Shown: positions 56,182 to 64,000 of the stretch, one piece after another
How positions within the stretch are numbered: position 1 is the stretch's first letter
Layout: every line of letters begins with the position of its first letter
Source of the DNA: an uncultured Nitrososphaeraceae archaeon
GTDB taxonomy: Archaea > Thermoproteota > Nitrososphaeria > Nitrososphaerales > Nitrososphaeraceae
Direction: 5' to 3'
Length of the DNA: 64,000 nucleotides
Assembly (NCBI GenBank): GCA_963779615.1
Contig: CAVZZA010000003.1
Span: 832,001-896,000 of the forward strand
The notes under the pieces: model-generated
Told to the model about the DNA's origin: nothing
The model's input: the letters and a program-made list of their open reading frames with translations, nothing else
Databases searched by the model: none
Position numbers and translations under genes: made by a program

Positions 56182-56421
56182 TTACTCCTTAGATTTTTCT
56201 GGAGATTCTAAAACATCTTCAGAATAAGCCATAGAAGCATTCTGTTGAGCAAGATTCCTGTTAACTACAGAAGTAATAAAACCAGCTATTTTGTTTCTCA
56301 ATTCTTTAGAACGAACCTGTGCATAATTTTTAATTGCTTCTTTGTTTTCATTAAAATCAATTGTAAACTTGTCAGGATAACGTTCCAATAATTCATTAGA
56401 CATACGTTTAACTCTATCCAC
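56182..56421 (-). CDS. rps17e: 30S ribosomal protein eS17
   Basis: FTIDFNENK and SKELRNKIAGFIT motifs. Confidence 0.94.
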   Translation of the reverse strand: MDRVKRMSNELLERYPDKFTIDFNENKEAIKNYAQVRSKELRNKIAGFITSVVNRNLAQQNASMAYSEDVLESPEKSKE

Positions 56422-56508
56422 ACTATTAGGAAAAAAACATAGCTATTTTATCTTTTATTCCAAAAAATAGCAAATAAAATAAAATTATTCACAACAATAA
56501 ACATACTA

Positions 56509-57285
56509 CTATTTGGCATTTAGAAAATCAATCGAATTTTTGAAAATAATCTCCTTCAATTCATCAAAGCTTTTTTTAAGAGCAATTGAGGCAAAATTAT
56601 TTAAGCTTACTATAAATGCTGGCGAGGTAATAACATTCTCAAAACAATGCTTGTATGTTACGGGACCATCAGTTTCCAACAACAACAAAGAGAGGTCGGA
56701 TTCTTTTAAAAGTATTTTTTTATCCTCCGAATAGAGCAAATAAGGGCCAAAAGAGACATAATAACCTAAATCATTAATCTTCCGTAAAAAATTTTTGCTT
56801 CCGTCGTACCAATGAAATACAACCTTTTTTAATTTATAAGATGTCAAGATGTCTAGTATGTCTTTTAATGATCTCCTTGAGTGAATTGAAACAGGTTTAT
56901 TATATTTTTCTGCCAGATCTAACATGTGAGTAAAGACAGTTTTTTGTATTTCAAATGTGTTGAACCTATTGTTAATGGTATATGTTGGATCAAGGCCAAC
57001 TTCGCCTATTCCATTAATAATTTCTTTATTTGTTAAAAAAAAGTCATTAAAAGGCTCCAATATTTCTAAATCAGCATGTTCTGGATGTATACCAGTCAAT
57101 ATTTTAAATAAGTTTGAATTTAAAAAATACTTTTTTTTAATATCAATGTTTTTAATAGAGGATTCCAAATCCACTGAAACCGAATAAACTTGAATTTTTA
57201 AATTACATATAGTACAAACCATTAGTTTTAGATATTCATCATACATTTTATCTGAAAGATGAATATGCGAGTCTACAAAATACAA
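56509..57285 (-). CDS. tatD: TatD-family nuclease
   Basis: DSHIH, GIHP, IGEVGLD, HSR, FHW and ETDGP motifs. Confidence 0.92.
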   Translation of the reverse strand: MYFVDSHIHLSDKMYDEYLKLMVCTICNLKIQVYSVSVDLESSIKNIDIKKKYFLNSNLFKILTGIHPEHADLEILEPFNDFFLTNKEIINGIGEVGLDPTYTINNRFNTFEIQKTVFTHMLDLAEKYNKPVSIHSRRSLKDILDILTSYKLKKVVFHWYDGSKNFLRKINDLGYYVSFGPYLLYSEDKKILLKESDLSLLLLETDGPVTYKHCFENVITSPAFIVSLNNFASIALKKSFDELKEIIFKNSIDFLNAK

Positions 57286-57402
57286 CGAATATTTTAAAAT
57301 TTATGACTATAATAACTATTCTAGCATTGTTAAAATCAATAACACGATAGGCATTAAACATAATAGACAAGTTATTTAAATAAGAAAAATGAAATGTATT
57401 AG

Positions 57403-57624
57403 ATGTCTTCTGAAAATGAAATAGCATTAGCGTCAACATACAGAATAATTAAAAAATTTGGCGCGGAAAGGGTTAGTGACGAAGCAGCAAATGAATTAAG
57501 AAAAATTTTAGAAAGAATAGGAGAAAATATAGCAAAACAAGCAGTCGATCTAGCATATCATGCACGTAGAAAAACAATAAGACCTGAAGACATTATACTT
57601 GCTGCAAAAAACTATCAAAGATAG
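57403..57624 (+). CDS. Archaeal histone (HMf-type)
   Basis: RIIKKFGAERVS...A.HARRKTIRPEDI histone-fold motifs. Confidence 0.93.
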   Translation: MSSENEIALASTYRIIKKFGAERVSDEAANELRKILERIGENIAKQAVDLAYHARRKTIRPEDIILAAKNYQR

Positions 57625-57689
57625 GTAAAAATAAACACACATCAATTGCAAAAGAAATATAAGTTTTCATGTAAGTGAAGACTGTTGCT

Positions 57690-57783
57690 GGTGGGGTGGC
57701 AGAGCGGCCATGCGTTCGCCTGCAGAACAAAATAACAAAATTCAGATAGCGAATATATAAGGGTTCGAATCCCTTCCCCACCT
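57690..57783 (+). tRNA. tRNA-Cys(GCA) with a canonical 37/38 intron (57726-57747)
   Basis: Acceptor GGTGGGG/CCCCACC, anticodon arm TTCGC-CTGCAG[intron]A-GCGAA, T-arm AAGGG-TTCGAAT-CCCTT. Confidence 0.92.
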
Positions 57784-57805
57784 CTATGGTATTCTTAGTT
57801 TACTC

Positions 57806-58417
57806 TCAATATGATAAGATTTTAAAGGTATGAAAATAATTTTTATCATGGATAATTTTAGTTATTTCTTCTTTTATCTGATTCAAATCCAAACTATAAA
57901 ATTTCCCTAATCTTTCGGATAACTTTTCCAATGAACGCTTTAATATAGAAATAAAAATGTCTAATTCATTTTTTTGATAATGGACAAATGCAGCGTTTAT
58001 CAATATTATGCCATTTAAAATTCGTTTTTCTGTTCCGGATGATTCTTTCCATATCCCTTCCAAAACTTCATGAGATTTCCAGAATCTTTCGGTGTTAAAT
58101 AAGAAAACTGCATGGTCCACAACATTCTCTTTAGTTAAACAATGTTCTGATGCAGAGAGGTCATCACAATACAGTATCGAGCCAACAGAAGTTAACCTTG
58201 ATGATATCGCATTTTGAAATAATTCTTGTTCGAAGCTGTGTACACTTAAATCTATTTCAACAAAATAGCTTGATATTCTAACCTCTCGCACTTCTATCAT
58301 AGAAAATTCCTGCAAGAGAGCCCGAATATGCTTTATGACATATTTATAATCCTCTGGAATATATGATTTCTTTTTGTTATCCAAGTAAACTAAATACCTT
58401 TTATTCATATATACCAC
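57806..58417 (-). CDS. DUF309-domain protein
   Basis: LFNTERFWKSHEVLEGIWK...GIILINAAFVH DUF309 signature. Confidence 0.85.
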   Translation of the reverse strand: MVYMNKRYLVYLDNKKKSYIPEDYKYVIKHIRALLQEFSMIEVREVRISSYFVEIDLSVHSFEQELFQNAISSRLTSVGSILYCDDLSASEHCLTKENVVDHAVFLFNTERFWKSHEVLEGIWKESSGTEKRILNGIILINAAFVHYQKNELDIFISILKRSLEKLSERLGKFYSLDLNQIKEEITKIIHDKNYFHTFKILSY

Positions 58418-58609
58418 ATTATATTGTATTGAGCAATTAATTAATTATTTTATACCCTTTAATTATTAAACTAATAATAATAAACTATTAGGAATAATTA
58501 AAATTTGGGTATTTTATAATCAACACTATATAAATCTTATAAAACAAAGTGGATTGTTTAATAGAATAATTTATGTTAGTTTTTATACTATAAAATCAAC
58601 GTAAAAATA

Positions 58610-59770
58610 GTGGACCAAAAACTAAAATTTTATGGAGTAAAGATATTAAGTTTATTAATTCTCGCAAGTTTTTCGAACTATTCCCTTGATTCTGTTTATC
58701 CTCAAACATCTAATGATAAAAATAATAAAAATGGCATTAAAGAAAATAGTGGATATATAAACAATGTCACAGAATACGATAAAAATAAAAATTGTTCAAA
58801 TGATGCAAGCAAAACCCCTAACTCTATAGAATATCTGACATATTTTAACTGCGGTCATGTTAGTATAGATGGGAAAAAACAGCAGACAACAAGGGAATTT
58901 ACACTTATTGCCGAAGAAGGTAAAACAATTCCCATTTCAAATCAGGGTCACCAATTCAAGGCATGGACTTATAATGGAACTGTTCCCGGCCCAACCATGA
59001 GAATGACCGAAGGAGATTTGGTGAAAATCACAGTTATGAATTTGGGTAAAAACGCTCTACCCCATTCATTTCACATGCATTCAATTCATCCTGCCGAATC
59101 TGACGGAGTAGATGGACCTGGTGGAACCATAATGCCGGGTCAAAGCTTTACATACGCATTTACAGCAAAACCATACGGCGTATATCCATATCACTGTCAC
59201 GTCAATCCCATTGCAGATCACATTAACAGAGGGCTGTATGGTATGTTCATAATAGACCCAAAAGATCCAAGGGAACAGATGCAAGAGTTTGCAATGCTAA
59301 TGAACGGCTACGATATGAACTACGAGTTGGAGGGTCCAGTTACTATACCTGCAGTCGATAAAAAAGACCCTACAAAGTTTATAGCAGAAGAAGAAGAGGC
59401 AGAAAGAAGTAACGAAATTTACACAGTAAATGGCAAGGCATTTGAGTATATGGATTATCCCATTGATATAAAACAAGGAGAAAACTATAGAATATATCTA
59501 GTAAATATGCTTGAGTTTGATTTAATAAACTCATTTCATCTGCATGGAATGATGTTTAAATACATAGCATCAGGTACAGGAACAGAAGCAGAATACACAA
59601 ATGACATAGTGACGTTATCTCAAGGAGACAGAGGAATTTTGGAATTTAAAGCAGAATTTCCAGGAAAATACATGTTTCATGCCCATCAAACAGAATTCAC
59701 CGACCTAGGCTGGATGGGGTTTTTTAATGTGATTGCGTCAAAAAATGACAATAATCCCAACAAAATTTAA
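58610..59770 (+). CDS. Secreted two-domain multicopper oxidase
   Basis: Signal peptide. Domain 1 has HSFHMH and YHCHVNPIADHINRGL; domain 2 has SFHLHG and MFHAH. Confidence 0.9.
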   Translation: MDQKLKFYGVKILSLLILASFSNYSLDSVYPQTSNDKNNKNGIKENSGYINNVTEYDKNKNCSNDASKTPNSIEYLTYFNCGHVSIDGKKQQTTREFTLIAEEGKTIPISNQGHQFKAWTYNGTVPGPTMRMTEGDLVKITVMNLGKNALPHSFHMHSIHPAESDGVDGPGGTIMPGQSFTYAFTAKPYGVYPYHCHVNPIADHINRGLYGMFIIDPKDPREQMQEFAMLMNGYDMNYELEGPVTIPAVDKKDPTKFIAEEEEAERSNEIYTVNGKAFEYMDYPIDIKQGENYRIYLVNMLEFDLINSFHLHGMMFKYIASGTGTEAEYTNDIVTLSQGDRGILEFKAEFPGKYMFHAHQTEFTDLGWMGFFNVIASKNDNNPNKI

Positions 59771-59793
59771 GCCATCTGTTTTTTTACTTATCT

Positions 59794-60958
59794 GAGGCAT
59801 GTCATAATTCAAATTATCTCGATATAATCCACATCAGCTTAAAGCTAACCTCTGGAATATTATTTTGAGTACAACTGTCCCAAAGTAGATCTTGACAGAT
59901 TGAATGAATCCATCCTTTTTTACATCCCGTATCTGACAGCCTTATGCCTTGGCAGCATACCGGGAAACGCGGTAGACCACGCATCTGTTCTCCAACCGCA
60001 ATTAAGGTGTTTTGTTGTACGGACGGCTTCGACATGATCTTGACAACGCTTTGCACATGTTTTTAAATGCAGATTGTCAGCTTAACCGCAATTTAGCCTT
60101 TGCATGCGGTCTTGCAATAATACCTGGCAGACGTACATTTGACAGGCTGCCACAGAAGACCATTTCGGCAGATGCAAAAAAAGAGAACATCAACAATGGG
60201 GGATATCCATTTGCAGCAGCAGAAGGATTGGTGGTTGACCATTCTATAACAGCAACAACAGCACTCTCCTAAAAGCAAATGGTCGTCTATGGCACAAGTC
60301 ATCCATTCATGAAAAAAGGAGTTGCACCTCGTTCGGCATTGACACGGATGCAAGGTGGGGACAAAATCACACCAAGGGATGGATTTTTGGATACAACCGC
60401 ATCTGACACCTGCAATAGGTAACCTTATAGCACCATCGACAGCAGATGATGCAACCACTGCCAATGTGCCGGATAACCAGATGCACGTTTCTTTAACATC
60501 CTCTTCTTCTTTGGCATTCTCCTTATTACCATCTTTACGCCTATACGGCAGCTGATGCTGGTTATGGTGACAGGAAACTGTGCAAACACAGCAAAAGGAT
60601 CTTGGGAATAGGTGTGGTCCGTCCTTTAGAAAGACACGAAAGTACTTTCAAAAAGAGGCTTGAGCTTGCATGTTTTTGCAAATCTGCAGTCGTATAGTCC
60701 ATCTACAACCAGAGGGGAATACAAATAGAGCTGCTGATAGAGCATATCAAGTCAGTCTTGGGATAGACCCATTACCAGCACGAGGATTTCATGCCGTATC
60801 TGCAATTGTACTGGTGTCTGTTTTGCCCTATCATCCAATGGTATGTTATAAATGTAAAGTAGGCAAATCCAATCCAAAACCAATAAAATGCGTGCTTGGG
60901 ACAGGCTGACATGGAGTTAAGGACAAAGACAAGTAATTTTGAATTATGACCATGCCTC
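59794..60958 (+). mobile_element. Degenerate DDE insertion sequence (IS5/IS1182-like)
   Basis: Imperfect TIRs GAGGCATGTCATAATTCAAATTA and TAATTTTGAATTATGACCATGCCTC. Possible degenerate 8-bp TSD ACTTATCT/AAATATCT. Broken frames include IPGRRTFDR, DTDARWG..GWIFGY and ADAGYG. Confidence 0.8.
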
Positions 60959-60964
60959 AAATAT

Positions 60965-61132
60965 CTAATAAACTGATTCTGAAGAAGGTCTTAATCCTCT
61001 TTTTTTCGATAAATAACCGCAGTTCAAGCACTTGTACGAACGTTTTCTTTTATAGGTATAAATTACATCAGGTTCATCAAAAAATTCATGTGATGTTTTT
61101 AGCATACAATTAGTGCAAAATCTTTTTTCCAT
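60965..61132 (-). CDS. Small zinc-ribbon protein (55 aa), not in the ORF track
   Basis: MEKRFCTNCMLKTSHEFFDEPDVIYTYKRKRSYKCLNCGYLSKKRGLRPSSESVY*, with two CxxC motifs. Confidence 0.8.
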   Translation of the reverse strand: MEKRFCTNCMLKTSHEFFDEPDVIYTYKRKRSYKCLNCGYLSKKRGLRPSSESVY

Positions 61133-61193
61133 TTAAAAGCATCACATAAAATAGTAAATCTAATCCAAATTTTAATTTATTATGACATATTCC

Positions 61194-62120
61194 TCATCTC
61201 TTCAATAGATTTTTAAGCAATAAAGGAATTTCTCTTGGGCTTTTTGCTACAGGAACATTTGCTTTAGAATAGTTGGTAATTTTTGATTCTGCAGAACCAT
61301 AATTCCCATATACAATCGCACCGGCATGACCCATTCGTGTTTCCTTTGGCGCAGCTCGTCCAGCAATATAAGCAATAACAGGTTTGGAGAAATTAGTTTT
61401 TACGATATATTCAGACAATTGTTCTTCTGCATCGCCCCCAATCTCACCCACTACTACTATGGAATCAACATCATCACGATCTCGTATTAGTTCAAAAGAA
61501 TCGATAAGATTGGTACCGTTTATTGGATCGCCACCAATGCCTAATCCTAAACGCTGGCCATATCCAGATCGAGAAAGGTGAAACGATACTTCATACATTA
61601 GAGTGCCGCTTCTTGAAAACACCACAGTATTTCCTTTAGTAAATGGGCCAGCAGGCATAATTCCCACTTTCATAACTTTAGGGACAATAACTCCGGGTGT
61701 ATTGGGCCCAATCATTCTGGCACCTTGTTTTTTTGCATATTCACATATTTTTATAGAATCCAAAACGGGAACATGCTCTGGTATTGCAACTATTAACTTT
61801 ATACCACTATCAATGGCTTCTTTTGCTGCTTTATAAAAAAATGGAGCAGGTACAAAAATGCCTGAAATAAAAGCACCTGTTGACTGAACCGCTTCTTTCA
61901 TAGTGTTATATATTGGAATGCCCTCAAAATTAGAGCCGCCCTTTCCAGGGGTTACACCTGCAGTAACATTTGTCCCGTAACTTTTCATTAATTTTGTATG
62001 AGTTGAACCAAAGCTTCCGGTAATGCCTTGAATTATTACTGGTTTTTTTTCAAAATCTGGATCATTTGGCAAGCCAGTCAATATTTCAAATATGTCAAAT
62101 TGCAAAGTCAAGCTTATCAT
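61194..62120 (-). CDS. sucD: Succinyl-CoA synthetase alpha subunit
   Basis: QGITG, GVTPGKGG, IGPNTPG, SRSGTL and RMGHAGA motifs. Confidence 0.96.
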   Translation of the reverse strand: MISLTLQFDIFEILTGLPNDPDFEKKPVIIQGITGSFGSTHTKLMKSYGTNVTAGVTPGKGGSNFEGIPIYNTMKEAVQSTGAFISGIFVPAPFFYKAAKEAIDSGIKLIVAIPEHVPVLDSIKICEYAKKQGARMIGPNTPGVIVPKVMKVGIMPAGPFTKGNTVVFSRSGTLMYEVSFHLSRSGYGQRLGLGIGGDPINGTNLIDSFELIRDRDDVDSIVVVGEIGGDAEEQLSEYIVKTNFSKPVIAYIAGRAAPKETRMGHAGAIVYGNYGSAESKITNYSKANVPVAKSPREIPLLLKNLLKR

Positions 62121-62122
62121 TT

Positions 62123-63232
62123 TTAATTAGTATTTACGTTTGAAACTACTGCATTTATTGCTTCCTCTACAGTATCGAATAACTTTGCCCTACTACCCTG
62201 CAGCATTTGTTTTGCTTTTTCAGACTCCGCACCAGATATCCTAGCAAATACAGGGACGTTTATTATATCATTTTTGTAGGCATCCAATATTCCCTGAGCT
62301 ACAAGATCAGTTCTAACAATTCCCCCAAAAAGATTAACAAGAATTGCTTTTATTTTTGGCAATTCACTGATTACTTCAAGAGCTTTGTAAATAGTTTCAC
62401 TTGTTGCCTTTCCACCAAAATCAAGGAATGATCCCGCCTGACCATTAGCATCAGAAACCATATCCAATGTAGACATAACTAACCCTGCACCATTTCCAAT
62501 AATAGCTATATTACCGCCCAACTCTACGAATGAAAACCCATTTTTAGAAGCCTGTTTCTCCAATTCACTCAAATACAGATAGATTTTTAATTCTTCATGC
62601 CTAAATAAAGAATTATCATCAATAATCACTTTAGCATCCAATGCAACCAATGAACCGTCTGACAAAATTGCCAGTGGATTAATTTCAGCAAGTTCTGCTT
62701 CTTTTTCAATAACAAACTTAAAAAGACGTAGTAATAAATCCACAAAACTACTTTTGGAACTATCAGGGATATTTAATTTATTTGCAACATCATTTGCTAT
62801 ATCCAAAGAAATTCCATCTATGAATAAATCCTGGATGACCTTATTCTCTGTCTGTTCGATATCTACTCCGCCTTCGGCTGATGCAATTATAGAAAAACAC
62901 CGTTTACTCCTGTTTAAGAAAATCGATAAATAAAGTTCTTTAGAGATATCAACCATTTTTTCCAGCAAAATACCTCTAGGTAATTCACCTTTTACTTCTT
63001 TATTCAGGAGATCGTTAAATTTTGATTCAAATTCCGAAGGCCCCTTACATTTCTGTATTGCACCAGCTTTGCCCCTACCCCCAACTGTTAATTGGGATTT
63101 TAAAACAAATGGATAACCCAACTGTTGTGCACCGTTTTTGGCATCACCAATATTTGAGGCTAGAAAAGACAATGGAGTTTTTATTCCATATTGATTGAAA
63201 AGCTCCTTTCCCTGATATTCAAGTAATCGCAT
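62123..63232 (-). CDS. sucC: Succinyl-CoA synthetase beta subunit
   Basis: LLEYQGKELF, GGRGKAG, EINPL and GNGAGLVMSTLD motifs. Confidence 0.96.
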   Translation of the reverse strand: MRLLEYQGKELFNQYGIKTPLSFLASNIGDAKNGAQQLGYPFVLKSQLTVGGRGKAGAIQKCKGPSEFESKFNDLLNKEVKGELPRGILLEKMVDISKELYLSIFLNRSKRCFSIIASAEGGVDIEQTENKVIQDLFIDGISLDIANDVANKLNIPDSSKSSFVDLLLRLFKFVIEKEAELAEINPLAILSDGSLVALDAKVIIDDNSLFRHEELKIYLYLSELEKQASKNGFSFVELGGNIAIIGNGAGLVMSTLDMVSDANGQAGSFLDFGGKATSETIYKALEVISELPKIKAILVNLFGGIVRTDLVAQGILDAYKNDIINVPVFARISGAESEKAKQMLQGSRAKLFDTVEEAINAVVSNVNTN

Positions 63233-63276
63233 CTTTTTAAAGATTTAAAAATGCTATTTATAAATAATCCTTTTTA

Positions 63277-63801
63277 TTATTCAACTATCCATTTTTTTTC
63301 TGATGAAATGAAATATTTTGTCAAATTTGAGGATGGAGGAAAAGGAGAAGAGGTTATATTTTTGATATCACCTAAATAAAATGAAAAGTTTTTTAGGCTA
63401 TTCATTAATTTTACATATCCATTAACAAGAGGTCCAGATGGATTGCCATTTAACAGGGTTTGCATCAATTCATTATTTTGTTCGATAGAAACATCAATAC
63501 TACTTTTAACTTGGGTTAAATTGGTTTGATTTCCAGACGAAAAATTATTTAACTGATTGCTCACTTCATTTTTTAATATCATATACTGGTTGTTAACAGA
63601 AATCAATGTGTCATTAGGGTTTGAAAAAGGCATAGCGACATTATTTGAAGTGTTATTTTTATTGTTGTCTTGGGGTAAAAACCAGACTATAAAGCTGGCT
63701 CCAACAATACCGATAACTATGAATAAAGTTACAATTAATCCCTTTTTATCCAATTTATTTTTTTTAATTTTATCGCTACTGAATTTTTTATCCGAGGGCA
63801 A
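63277..63801 (-). CDS. Single-TM-anchored hypothetical protein
   Basis: Basic N-terminus, TM helix ending ASFIVWFLPQ, then an N-rich helical ectodomain. Confidence 0.7.
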   Translation of the reverse strand: MPSDKKFSSDKIKKNKLDKKGLIVTLFIVIGIVGASFIVWFLPQDNNKNNTSNNVAMPFSNPNDTLISVNNQYMILKNEVSNQLNNFSSGNQTNLTQVKSSIDVSIEQNNELMQTLLNGNPSGPLVNGYVKLMNSLKNFSFYLGDIKNITSSPFPPSSNLTKYFISSEKKWIVE

Positions 63802-64000
63802 TAATCCTTTTAAAATAAAACATAATTATTACTTTTTGATTATATGATGATAATAATTAAGAGAAAATATAAATAAAAAAAAACATGAAAAATTAAAATA
63901 TTGAAAATATAATGAATGAAATGAAACAAGAAAACAATTATGCTTTACGTAAAATTAGATATCAAGAAACTCAAATTGCTAACATCTGTGATTTGAATCT

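Noticed and set aside
58610-59770. nirK call for the copper protein
   Set aside because: HxH motifs in both domains indicate a trinuclear-cluster two-domain MCO, not the NirK type-2 site arrangement.

Overview
This is an AT-rich chromosomal window from an ammonia-oxidising archaeon (Nitrososphaerota). The amoA sequence and low GC suggest Nitrososphaeraceae, probably Nitrosocosmicus-like, which is an inference. Energy and carbon genes include amoB, amoA and amoX (no amoC seen) with a 2-oxoacid:ferredoxin oxidoreductase alpha/beta pair between amoB and amoA, 4-hydroxybutyryl-CoA dehydratase, sucCD, pckA, GAPDH and a two-domain multicopper oxidase. Housekeeping genes include cdc48, pepF, pdxST, lig, thermosome, rpl11, spt5, rpl19e/32e, sod, argF, ftsY, pfdA, trpGD, rps17e and a histone. 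RNA genes are the SRP RNA and four tRNAs: Leu-UAA with two introns, Thr-GGU, Gln-CUG with three introns, and Cys-GCA with one. Mobile DNA consists of four degenerate IS elements and two MITE families, one with 8-bp target duplications and one copy nested in an IS. Several essential genes are broken by single-base indels, most likely sequencing or assembly errors. The most notable observations are the triple-intron tRNA-Gln whose 5' leader can form a decoy acceptor helix, an acidic N-terminal extension on Spt5 in a histone-encoding genome, unannotated Cys-rich microproteins, and a tandem pair of paralogous sequon-repeat secreted proteins. No CRISPR array was seen.
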